Positions 13,323 through 26,673 of a stretch of DNA of 64,000 bases are shown piece after piece. Source of the DNA: Balanoglossus misakiensis (Eukaryota > Animalia > Hemichordata); assembly GCA_040954595.2 (NCBI GenBank), contig CM082583.2:8480254-8544253 (forward strand), written 5' to 3'. The notes beneath the pieces were generated by a model. It did no database searches, was not told the DNA's origin, and saw only the letters and a list, made by a program, of their open reading frames with translations. The translations under genes were made by a program, and so were the position numbers. Position 1 is the stretch's first letter. Every line of letters begins with the position of its first letter.

Positions 13323-15264
13323 CTTACACCAAAAGATTATCTCTCTGTCTATATACGCTTCCCCCGGGGACGGTTCCACAGTCCTGTACCCTGAGTCTGG
13401 TCATATATCTTATCCCGCACGACAGACCTACGTGAAGTGATGAGAGTCTTCCTGGTCAACTCAATTATCATATAAAGACCTTCTGGTACGATTTCACATC
13501 ATATATACCAACCTACGCAATTAAAACATGTTGTGGGGATGCTGTTATATAGAGAGCAACGCGTGATGAAACAGTGGCATCATTTTGCTGCAACATAGAT
13601 GAAAACTAAGCTTAGCACAATAGAAAAGCATGCATGGAATATTTTAATACATTTACCGTTTCTGCATATCGTAACACTGAAATGAACGGTTGCATTGTCG
13701 CTGTACAAAGCAAAACAGTGACACATGTTACTGAAGATGGCACACGAACAGATGTCCATTTGCATTGACAATTTATGCAGCGTAACACAGTTCGACAAAG
13801 ACAGAAAGTCCAAATATGGAGACGCGATGTGACAATGGGATTATTGCATTCACGAAAACGTATATATGGTATATGTGCATGAAATGGCCGACCATTCAAT
13901 ACATCCGTGGGAAACTTTCTTTAGACTATTATTTAAATTACACGGGGTTATGTACATATCATTATGAAACATCAAAGACCTTAGAAATGAACACGTGGAA
14001 ACGGACTTGTGTACCAGACAGTCAGAGCGACCGATTGAGGCGATCAGAGCGCCTCGCTCTTCATAAAATAGCGCATTTTTTGTCTCAGAACCCGGTTTCA
14101 TCAGAATGATGTCTTGGAATAATTTTGGGGAAAATAACGTTCGTTCCCCATCAAAAGAGCTGGTATCAATGAAAGGGGAAAACTTAATTCTGTGTGACCG
14201 AATGGCATTTTTTATCAGTGGTCGTGTAAAATCACCAAAAAGTCAGATTTTTAATTTTTTTGTCCAAAACATTTCGATCGCATAGTGTCAAGATATCTTT
14301 GCACAGAAACACTGACCCCCCAATCTTGCACATAATTTATGTGACGCTCCACTGAACAAGGCAGTTACCCCTCTGAATCACACAAGCCTCCTATGTTTCC
14401 ACGCCCTAAAGTCATGCAAGGAGAAACAGCAACAGTAGGCTTACTCACTGCGTTTTTTGACCACCGCATACACGTACGACGTTAATAATTAATTTACCTA
14501 ATGAGTGACGACTGTTATTGCAAAAATTAGAGTTGGACAAGCCTCCTGTCTACTAGTATCACCATGTTACCTCCATGTTCATATACGAAGTCGTCAAAAA
14601 GCTGGATTTGGTTTCGGTCAATGGTACTCTATGGCATAGTTGTTTCATCATAATGTATTTTGTAAATATGAGAATCTTAGATGTTTGCATAATTATGCAG
14701 AATGCTAGCGCTCAATTTATAACCGCTAATCGCCCTGAAAATGACTGTTTAATGTTTTACATCTTTGCTGTGGATTTGCTCTATCTGGTGCATGAAGTGT
14801 CAACGATTTATCATGTCACGACCTTTCAGCGCAATGAATGGAGTCCTTATTAGCATAAGAAAGCTTTGTACAAAAGCTTATGTTATTTGATTGCTTTGTA
14901 TTTACTTCGCTAGGCGCAACCATTTTGGGGAGGATAGTCCAATTTTTTTCGAAAATGACTTGTCAACGTCGTGGATACAGTTGCATCCACTAGTACAATA
15001 ACCCTTCTGCATTCAAAGTAAAGAATTGACTTTCCAACGTGATTTGCCTCAAACACCCAAAGTGAACCCCCATGATACATTAAGTTTTTAATCCAACCCC
15101 CTCTGGTGGATTTTAGAACTGGGTATATATGCAGCAGGAAGACCTCTGACTTTTAAAACTACACTATGGGATGGCACACGACCAGCTGACCGATTGTATG
15201 TTGCTCTTTTAATTTAACATAAGCAACACATTGCAGCACTGCAGTACTTTGGATCAATAGCAAA

Positions 15265-18026
15265 ATGGAGATACTACTAGAGGCCACGGTTCGGCTGACG
15301 ACACCGGTCATGTTGCAGACGTACGCCGGCGCGGGTTTCACGACGAACGGTTCTATGTCGGGGAACGACACGGGCAACTCCACGGACGACGATGAGTTAT
15401 CCCGCGCCCGTGGCACGAACCCAAGGATCGAGGCCCTCAAGAAAGGGAACGATATCATGATAACATGTGTACTTGTTTTTATCATGGTGGGAATGGGCTG
15501 CTCCATCGTGCCGAAGGATCTGCTGAAACCAATACGCCGCCCGGCAGCTCTGTTTATGTGCCTTTTTGCGCAGTTCGCCGTGATGCCTTTGGTGGCTTTC
15601 GCTATGTGTCATGCGCTGCAGATGGCCTCCAACCAGGCCATAGGAACATTGGTCATCGCTTCTTCGCCAGGTGGACCCGCAGCTAATTTATTCACCCTTA
15701 TCATGCAAGGGGACATTCCGCTCAGGTGAGATCTGGGTTGTGTTTTACGGTCTGCGATTTAGGCCTATTGTGTATTGTGTATTGGGCGGCATACACCACT
15801 ACCCATGTACATTGCACTATCCACAGAAAGAATATTCACTACCCATGTACATTGCACTATCCACAGAAAGAATAGGCTTATCGATTCGATCGGTCCTTCG
15901 GTATTCGCATGGAGCAGGAGCACATACTGTTCCCGTTTTTTTCAATGAATTATCAGTATTTTATAATATACATGTACTTAATGATATATGAGCGTTTGCA
16001 ATAGCGTATACATTGTGAAGAACAAGTTGACCTTGAGCATTATGAGCGCGGTCAGGCTTATGCGCGTCGTATTGTTGTTGTTTTGAGGTATGTTTTTCAC
16101 GCATTTACCACACGACACCACGTACATATTGTTTCTTTTATGTGGTATTGACCGACGGTATATGGTATACATGTATTGTTCGAATCTGCCACCTTGACAG
16201 CACCGTGGAGGTAGGAGCCCGCGGACCGTGGGGTTTATCAAAAGGATTTGGGTCGGTTGACTTTGAAAGGGTCCTTTCAAACCTACCCTAACCCTAAACC
16301 CCACGGCGGCTTCCTACAATTATTGCAGCAAGGGTATGGTGGGGTATGGTCCCTAGAGAAACTGGGGTGTATGGTATGGCGAACCATCCGCTCTTTACTA
16401 GTATTTTCGATCTCACGCATAGCACCACTCAAGAATTTAGTATTTCTGTTGTTCGTGTCATTGTTACTGGTTCCATGATATCGGTGCCAACTGAAATAGA
16501 CAACACTGTTTTATTGTTCAGCTGCGTTACGGGTAGGTTTTCTAGGGAAGATGTAAAACAACGTCAGTGCTGTTACCAAAAACCGTTGTCGTCGTCGTCG
16601 TGTAGATACAAGAACAAGACAGCTATATAAATTCAAATTCCTGAACTTTGCCCCTAAGGGATAACGACGACTGTCACACTGGGGGATTCATTTGTCACCC
16701 GCCTTGTCAGTGATAACTCTGCCTGCCCTGAAGTGGCCTTGTGGCATAAATATTGCATACTTGTCGCCCTCTCCGACACTTCACTTGTCTAAACTACGAG
16801 GGGACAAAGTTCACCCATGCAGCCAGACACAACCGACTGCGGAATGTGCGAGTCATCGCTTGTCTTCATAGAAACTGGTAGGCTATACATGCCTCGGCCG
16901 CGTGGGCTATTGAAAAAATTACCACAAGCACAACATAATTCTCATCCCCACAGGGATACGCATTGTAAAAAACACGCAGAGATTTTGCTACCAGCAAATA
17001 ATATTTCCATGATCCATGGAATGGAAATCATGTCGACCGGTTTTCCCTCTTGAAAATGATGATTGCCCCCCCCCCCCCCCGCGCTGTATGCACTATGGTC
17101 AGACGCCCTTCCATGAGACATTCACGGTGCTCGAGAAAGAATGTACTAACTTAGAAATAAAAATCATTGAACTGACATCGATGTGTCATGTCTTCCCACA
17201 GTTTATGCCTGACAACAATATCCACGATTCTATCCATGGGGTTGATGCCCCTCTGCCTATTCGTCTACTGCCGGAGTTGGACGGACGTTGGAGTGGTCAT
17301 TCCCTTCGTCAACATCGCCATAGCCCTGGCGCTGGTCATGTTGCCGCCCATTCTTGGAATGGCGTTGCGATGGAAACTGCCGAAAGTTTCCGTCGTAGTT
17401 GGTAAGGTGAGGAGACTACATATTGCATTGTTGGACGGTATTGAAATGGCGATATGCCATGATTCATTTGTATTCTGCTATCTGAAAAACAGAAATACTA
17501 GTAGGGCAACTACAAAACTTATGAAATGTGCTCTCATCGATTTCCATTGTTCATATAGGTTGCTGGGATTATCGGCATGATTGGCATCGTGGTAAACCTC
17601 GGACTCTTGTGTTTCATCAGCCCGGACGTGCTGGTCAGCTCATGGCAAGGCTATATTCTGGCCGTCCTCATCCCCGTCATCGGATTCGTCACCGGTTACG
17701 TCATCTGCGCCATATTCAAGCGCACCTACAAAGTCTGCCACACCGTCGGCTTCAACTGCTGCATGAAGAACGTGCCGGTCGCCATCACCCTGATATCGTT
17801 CTCCTACTCGGCCACGGAATTCGGCGAGCTGAGCATGGTGCCCTTGCTCTACGGAATTTTCAGTCTCGTCGACGGCATCGTCATCTGCATCGTCCTCAAG
17901 CGGCTGTGCAGATCTCGGGCCGCGGCCGAGGAGGGCGCACTCAAGAAAGCGCCCCCAGGCGACGAAGGTGACTACGACACTGATGTGGAGATTGAGTACG
18001 TATATGAGTACATCACCGTTATGTAA
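15265..18026 (+). CDS. SLC10 family sodium/bile-acid symporter-like transporter, ~377 aa, 3 exons
   Basis: Exons 15265-15725, 17202-17406, 17559-18026 (1134 nt, frame-consistent). Family motifs MVGMGC, AQFAVMPL, SSPGGPAANLFT..GDIPLSLCLTT, multiple TM helices, N-terminal N-glycosylation sequons. Confidence 0.92.
15797..15874 (+). repeat. Tandem duplication, 38-bp unit twice with 40-bp period
   Basis: CACTACCCATGTACATTGCACTATCCACAGAAAGAATA at 15797 and 15837, in SLC10 intron 1. Confidence 0.9.
16642..16813. mobile_element. MITE-like element in SLC10 intron 1
   Basis: Terminal inverted repeats TGAACTTTGCCCCT and AGGGGACAAAGTTCA, with internal repeated TTGTC subterminal motifs. Confidence 0.5.
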
Positions 18027-21000
18027 TTTAACTTAGCAAGAAGAGGAGGGCGGGGTGCATACAATGATGAGATGATTTGAAGACCCAGAAACTGTGAAGG
18101 CGAAGCAGTTTTGAGGTCACGAGTGAAGATTTGCCTCCGTTGTGATGTTACATATCCCTAGTGACATTGTGTGAAAATGCGTGGTCATTGGCCGAGAAGA
18201 TCAGACGAGGACCAATCAGGAAGTTGGGTGTCATGTAAACCATCCATGTCTGACTGATGAGCGCATTTACGTCATACATAATGACATGGTTATTCAGGAA
18301 ACTCTCCAAACCTCGCCCAGGTGCTCATGGTAGAAGTTCATCAGTACATTTTGTATGTATTTCAAACAATATAAATTCCTAACGTATGGTTACAAAACAA
18401 CCACTGGACATTCCAACCGTCTTACATTAACACGCGTAGATTCTAGGGGTGGCCCGTTACATTCGACGTCGTCTTGGCTGTTTATGCTGGCACTGGCGGA
18501 TCTTTTGGTTTACCTGTTGGGGAAATTCGTTCCTCAGCCCGACTCCATTAATAACCACCCAGTATACAATTTCAGAAATAATACATCTATGATGATTGTA
18601 TTATGCTAAATGAACGTTCAACTTACCTTATTTTCGAGTTCATTGAACGTAAGATCACAGTACAAGTAGAAGTTTCATACGCTGGACGTTTTATAACATA
18701 ACCTTGCCTTGTTGTAAACTGTTATACGGTGCTACCATTAAAATGTCATTTTTACTAACAAAGTCATTCGTAACTTTAATTTCCGTTTTCGTGACCGCAA
18801 AAACAAGTATCAGTATCACGTGATGTGCGTGTGTGTGTGCACTGTGATTGGCTGTTTCGGTGGTAAGACGAGAAAACTGTGAACTTGTACGGTATATCCA
18901 AGTAAACCGAATTACGGATTCATTGCATGATTGCGTCCTTTGGCAAAGTACTAAGGACCGTGAGGCTGTCAGAGAAATGTGTGTTATCTCTGGCGAGTGT
19001 GAAGAAAATGCATTTGGTGTCAGTGGGATGCGTAGTGAAATACCTGCCATTTTGCTAAATCTGGGTTTTTATAAGCTAATTCTCAAATGGCTGAAAACAA
19101 ACTTAACGACCCAAGCTTGAACGCAACCCAATTTTTTGTGGTCCAGTCTTCACATGTAAATAGGTCATGTAAGCAATGTCCTCAAGCGCGCATGGAATGG
19201 GCAATACAAAGGAACCAGACGGAAAGTGAGTTCACCGAAATGGGTTAAGGCCTTTGAATCGTGCATGGGTAGATAACGCTGAACAATGGTTGCTATCATG
19301 GTCTGAGAAAGCTTGTGAAATAACAAAAAATTATGTGACGCATTTGTCCTGGGTATCATCGATTTCAAGTCGGACTCTTGGGGGCGCTATCGAAGAGACA
19401 ACTGTGTCAGCATGCAGCAGATTTAGGACGTCTGCAACAGGAACTCAGTAACACCCAGCTAACAAGAAACCCACCTGTTGATCGCCTACACATCAAAATA
19501 ACGCAAAGTAAATATCTTGTCATTTTTCATGAAATGTTTAACCCTCACCTCACCTCACATCACCAAGTCGACCTTTTCAGTTCAATCGCATGAAGATTGA
19601 CCGAAAATACAAGGGTACATGACGCACGGTACAAGAAAGGGCCCGGATCAAGGCCGCGGAATGCTGTCTTTTGTTAAAGTAGGCCATGCATTCTACCCAC
19701 ATACCGATTTAACGAGGCTTCCCGGAATGCTAGGAATGAATCAACACATTTTTACATTAAAATTGACGCGAAAAATATTAATTACTCTATTAACTTTCAG
19801 ACGAATTTCACGTATTATAGTTTTACACAGGGACAAAGCAATGCCAGACAGTGACAAGATCGCTCATTTATATCATAGATCACTGAAATATCTCACTGCC
19901 ATAATTCATATCATTATTTGGATATAAGACATGAGTAGTTCGAGCAAAGCCAGACTGCTCGTTTTTTTCTGATTGCCCACCGACAGGTCAACGCCCAAAC
20001 AGTTTTCATAAATTTTAAATGTTCATATGCAAACATATTATATAGGAGTATGACAAGTCCACGCGTTAATTGTGGCAGTAACAGACGCTTGACATTTAAT
20101 TATTTATACATCATTTGGATTTCCGAGCATAAGGTTCTTATATGTTGTCAAATTTCATAACAGCCTATTAGCCGGTAATTCTTTAGTCCTAGTTATCCTA
20201 CGCGTGACTCATTCTGTCCTTTTTTTTTCTTCGAACGAAGCGGCTGCCGTCGACCGGCTAATGCCTCGCATCATATGCGCATCACACACCGACAGGTGCA
20301 TCCGATTTTTTTCTCTTCTGCCGACTCTTCCATATTGAATGCTGTACGGTTATATCATAAGGCTGAACGTTCTTTTCTATGGTCGCCGAGCGTAATAATT
20401 CGTGGAATGAAGGATTAGTCATGAAAAGGATTGCGCGGACAATTGTGAATGAACGGTGTCTATTTTTATCAATTATCATACCTATTGTGATATGGTAGAA
20501 TGGATTGTGACGAGTAATTAAAGGCATAAAAGGCGCCCGTGATGTAAGAACCTATGCCATCTCGCTGTGGCGAAACGAACCCCACAAAAATACATACAGA
20601 GATTCATCGTGGAGGACTTATTGAGCGCTTCAAATATCCCTATATATAAGGAACATGGAACATATGTTGACGATTTTGCGCATGAATAGTTTTTAGCTAC
20701 GATATGACGAACAGTGTGTTACTATAGAAAGTAACTCCGCTATACGTGGTTTGAGTTCAGAAATTAAAACTCACATCACGCATGCGTATTGGTCTCCACT
20801 TTCAATGACGGGGTTAAATATATACGCATTCATATTCAAAACTGATGGTCTATTTACTAACAGCCCCAATTTGCATCACAGAATACGTCATTTCAGGCGA
20901 ACGGAGAGGGTAGTGGACACCAACCATTATAACAGAGCGGTTACAGAGTACACTTCTACTGTAATTGTATCGTTTTTACGTGTCAGAATGAATTAACCAG

Positions 21001-24000
21001 TCCAATATTGGTCACTGTCGACGGCAGGTGCGAGAGTATGTCGGAATCGTAGATGGCTTTATCACCGTACGCAGACTGTAGGACTGCTCGTCGACACATA
21101 TCGTAAGACCGGCGCACGCACGGTCGTGGTTAATTGTCAACATGGACGGGGAAGAGGACGAGAATGAAATACGTGAGTCTTTAAAATGTTCTGTTCATAC
21201 TTCAACTGTCGGACAATGTCTGTATGGCAAAATATCCCCCTCCCCACCGTCCCCACGGGGTCAGGTCATAATGAGGTTTACCTGCGCGCTTTGAAACTAT
21301 CGATCGGGCTACCGAATTACCCCGATACGCGCGTCAAACGCAATGGCACAGTTCGATCACTCCCGCGGTAGATGCAGCTTTATAGCCCAGTCTTTCACAA
21401 CCGACCACAGTGCTTACAACTTGCCGGGAAGTGTTTTTTTTTCACACACCGTATATACAATACATTGTCGTCTGCTCGAAGAGCGAAAGAGTGTTGATCA
21501 ATGTCTGTAAGCATACCTTGTTCATCAGTTGAAAATCGCCCGTGAGCGTAGGCCTAAACCGAACGATTTTTAATTTTCCGTATTTTAGTGCCGGAAAATA
21601 TAGCACCTGTACACATATGAACCATCATATTGAATTATAGAACGGTAATAATTATTACCATAACAAAAAAGTAGTCATGTCGTATCAGTTCAGGATCCAC
21701 CGATTCTATGGTACCGTAGTATGACTCACATCGAAGGCGAATCCGAGTAGCGGAAGAGTAATTAATTTTGACCGACTTGATTTACGATTGAAGTTTCACA
21801 ATCAAAATTAAGCCTGGAGAAATTCAGTTGTATACCCACGGTTGCAGACAAACAGCCGTATATAAATCCTACAATCTGTACAAGGTCGACAGTATGCCCG
21901 TTGGGAAAGCGCTCCCGTAATTTCTGGGTCGATGTACCTGTCATCAACGTGTCAGATTCTGGTCCCGGGGATCTGTCGGGTACTACTGTCAGATGTGTTC
22001 TTGTGTCGTTCCCCTAAATCATGATATATGTATATAGCTCCTGTCGAAGACACTACTCTACTATTTTAATATATTTGACCTGCGCCTAGCTATAGTCGTG
22101 CATATAGATGAAGCTGGGCATAAATTGACTAGATACACGGTATATACACAAGGTAGTTCTCAACGCCAAAATCACTTCCGAAATAGATCACAATGGAAAT
22201 CGCTGCCCCCACCCCACTCAGCATATACCCGCATAACGTCTTTCATATCACCCTTTCTTCCTGTACCCGGGTCACTGTGATAAATTTCACGACCAGCACA
22301 TCAGACCAACGTCATTACCACATGGCAACCAACGCGTCAATTATTAAACTCTTCAACAAGACGCAGGTAAGAATGGCGGGTACCAAACAATCCTATACGT
22401 CAGTTTGATGAAACACTTCGGGGAGAGGTGACACCTTCAACAGCCGCTTCTCTGGCAATGATTCATCGCCTGGCCCTTTTGTGCAACTAACACCCCGCTA
22501 AATCAAGACGGGAAAATTACTATTAAAATTTGATAACATCTTAATGGCTCCTTGCGTTTTTGACAACAGTGTAATTTTTTGCGCACAATGCCGGTCATTA
22601 TAACTCATGTCAATCAACGTTGGAAGTCCGCCATATTTTTACGTCGCGTGAATGCATCACTATTAAAATCATAAGTCGTACAAAACTGAAACGCGCAGAA
22701 ATCGCGTGAGTCTTGTCAAGACATGTTTCTAAACCAATTTCAATTTTGCACAAATACAAAAGCTTCACACGCATCTTATATATTTCATTCATGGCAATGA
22801 AAAACCCCGAGATATTTAAAAATCTAAATTACTAGTAATTACAAATATAAAAGGGGTGATATTGGTATGAATTTGAAAGTAAGGGACGCCTCCCCAGGAG
22901 CACATTCAAATACCTGGTCTTATTTCCTATTGCTCGAGCGAAATAAAATCATGGGTAATTATGAAACACAATTCCAACGAACGGAATATAAAACACGCCT
23001 AAATCATCATGGCGTTGTGTCTGAATATTTTACTCATAAAATCAATGAATCTGCGAAACGGAGATAATCCTTTTATGACGGATAACAGGTCTGTTGGACC
23101 ATGTTCTCAGTATACCATTAGTGTGGGTCTCGAAAAAGATATCCTTATTTCCGACATCATCTCTTCCGGAAATACGAAAGGTGCGGGGCAGGTTTGGGGG
23201 GGGGGGGCGATTGACGGGAAATAGTTTTCATTTTGCCTCCATTTTACAAGCCATTGCATAATTATAGAAAATCAGGTTCCGCGGGTTTGATAAAATGGAG
23301 ATGTTCAAGATTTGTTTTTAAAGCGTTTCTGCCTTACATTACAAAGCGACATATGCACATGCGCCACGCCCCACGGTACGCGTTTCAGATAAGACACTAC
23401 CCTCTGTATATATATGCTGGTATACTGAGTAGATCTTGCATTACATAAGCTTAGACTCTAACAAGAATACAACACGTACGCCTTATTTTTTACTTGTCTG
23501 AATGCTATCATCGCGTTCAGAAAAGTTGCCCATCTGTGAAAACGACGATAAACCGATACGAAACTGAAAGGGAAAAAGAAACAAATGTTTATGCCTCTTT
23601 GTCTGCAATGCTTATTTATAATTTCTGATGCTGTGGATATGACACCGGTCAACAAATCAAAGTCACTTTTACCACCTGCGACACAATTTATTGTTTATGG
23701 CTAAAATATTGATGCTGTGCAACGGTAAGACAAAACAACGCAGTCCTTGGTTGTTACACCAACTGCGACAAGAATTATTGTTTACGACTTCAAATGTTCT
23801 AAAATTAACGCTGAATCGCGGTGAATAAAAGTGTTTTTATCAGTTTGTTCTGACAACCGTGGTAAGATATATAGTATACGTCTTCTAATAGCGCAAATGT
23901 GACACCGCAAGAGTAAATCACAGCGTGGCTTGTGTGCAAGGATGTTCCGCCAGATCGATCAGAGCAATAACAAATGATCATTTTCAAAAACGTTCGTACT

Positions 24001-26673
24001 CAAACATCCATCAGCACGCCCAATTATCTATCCAATCCACCCACGTGTCTTTATAGCCAACACCTCACTGCAGTTTTCACGTTTTTGCCAAAAAGTCTCA
24101 GTTCAATAGGCAAATCGGCAAAAAGTAGACAATGTAGGATTCCAGGTTTAGAAACTATTGGTCGACAGCTGCTGCAGCTGACGTATGTTGTGACATTAAG
24201 TGTGTGCCTCATGTATGCGATGACGAAAGCTTGCTGCATGGCCGCATCTGCTAACGTTTGTTCACTTAACACATTTTTCAAACTGAATAAGTATTTGTCT
24301 GTCCCAGAGTAAAGTATATTTAGTGGCGTTTCTGCTCTGAGAAAAAGAGACAAGACAAAGATATATTTGGAGAGCCAAGTCTTCCGCATTGTGCCGATAA
24401 CAACGTATCCGTTTTGTATGTAAAGGTGGCCTGTTGTTTGGACCACGGCCGCAACGGCGAGAAGATACCGATACAATGTGTGACGTCACCTGGATGACCA
24501 ACGCATGAATGTGACGTCACGTGCATGGTTTACACCATGCCAGCTGACAAACTCGCTAAATATATACATAGAGGTAGAGATGAGGGTTGTCGATTCACGC
24601 CGCACCAATCAAACATTTATCACTAGTAATACCAGCACTCGATACCAATTGACAAACGGAACACTGCATATTAATCATCATGGTGCCAAACGACAAAATT
24701 GCTATTTCTTTGTAGAGACATCACACTTTTCTGAGATCTCGCATAAATCATCCACAAAACTGCTGCAACGGCAAATTAACCCTACCCATGAATTCGGCCG
24801 AGTCAGTTCACCCTATAGGCCTAACAGACGGAGAATGCTTACGGGTGGGAAATTAATTATACACCTTTGTTTAACTCTAAAGTCATTCCGAAATATGTTA
24901 TTTTTATGTAACCCCCACACTTTCAAAGCAAGTGCAATTTAACATAAAAATTCACTGAAAGGTAACAATTGCATCGAAGTTAACGGGCAAGTCTGGTCGC
25001 GTACAAGAACATGTTTAATCTTTGCAAATTTGTGGCCGGGTGGCTTTTATGTTAATTTACATTCCAATAAAATAGCAAGAATAGTTTTGCTGATGAGTTT
25101 TTCTTTACTTAGATGTATTTGTTCATATGCCCTGTCATTATCAATCAACTATCCACCTACAGTGGCGTAACATGTAAATCGGCACATATTCTTCGGTATG
25201 GTAGTCGGTTACACTATAATCATCGATCGCACGACCCGGCGAAGGGCTTTGCAGCGATAATAGACGCACCTGGATCTGGTTTTTAAATATTATATGACTC
25301 GCGACGTGTAACAAGGCTTTGGAAAACGAACAATGCGTTTGCATTTGCCCCAAGACACATATTTGTGAGAATGCGTGTCCTGATGTAGACTTTCCATGAA
25401 CTCATAGCAAAGTACACGAAGCAGCTGCTTAAAGTTCTGTCGCAAACGGGAAGGCGACTTATTGTATCAGTGATAAAGGAACGTATGTATTTTTGTATCG
25501 CTCCACCTGTTACGGAAGATCGATTGTTGCGAAGATGTATATGGGACTGTTCATCGCGATTGCAAGATAAATCTTCCCTTGTCGGTCGGGTGTAAATTTG
25601 TTTTCCATGTACCAGTCGCCTTCGATCACTCATGCCGACTTTGCGTGATTGCAATCGCACGCCGGGATGCGACCAATCAGTCGGAACAGACGCGCGCGTT
25701 CATAGGTCCCTTTGCAACGTAAAGATCGTGACATAATCAGAACGGATTTGTCGCATGATATATGGACTACTTTAAAACCATTAGCGATGGCCAGTGCAGA
25801 CAATTACTCTTTGTGCGCAAACAGAACGCGGAATGTCGAGGTTTGCCTTCTATTATCCCATAAATCAAACCGCCGTAGTTCTAGTACCTTTTGAAATATG
25901 CATTATAGTGTTATAATAAACTGTCTACTTGTAGAAGTATACATTAATTTGACTCTTCCCATGTTTTCTTTCTGTATCAAACTATATTCACCATAATATA
26001 CGTTCTTCGGCAAGAATAACATGTGCGCCCTCTACAGTTCAATCCTAGCGGTCCTGGCGGATGACATGGCCAACTCATTGCATCCACGGTATGCCATACA
26101 CACGTTGAATTACCTCAAAAGACAACGCAGAGCCAAAATGGCTGTAAGATGAAGCAGCAGTCTCTGTTGGACTGGCAAACACAAAACAGCAGCAATAGAA
26201 TATTTTTGATTTTAATTATAATCATTTTGATATGTATGGTGTTAGAAGATTACCACAAAACTGATTTGTTTGAAAGTATCTAAAAGTAAAAGTTAATATT
26301 GTATGTGTCATCCACATAATATCAGATGATCATAACATTTCATTCTTAAAAACACGCCTTCTTAAAGTATACCAAGCTAAGTAAAGTCCTAGCTAACAAC
26401 AGTGGCGCTCAGGTGCTTGTTCCACAACCGCGCAGCTGAAATAGCAAAGGATCTATAGCCATAGAAAGTGGTTTCACCAATTGGCTGGTGCAAACTGACA
26501 TGTACTCTTGCAAGTACACTCGACTGCTCTATAAGTTTTCTCTGACGACTCCCAATTTGATAATTGGAATAAAAATATAAGGAGTATATTCAAGATATGG
26601 ACACAGTCTCCATGTTAGCCAGAAATCTTGATCTCGTCTCAGTCCGGTCAGTCTCAATCCTTCGAGGAAAATA

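Noticed and set aside
16262-16285. CCTACCCTAACCCTAAACCC telomere-like tract
   Set aside because: Only about three degenerate units; a common repeat-associated motif, not an interstitial telomere.
23974-24942. Cluster of 110-145 aa ORFs on both strands
   Set aside because: No recognisable motifs or consistent splice structure; expected by chance.
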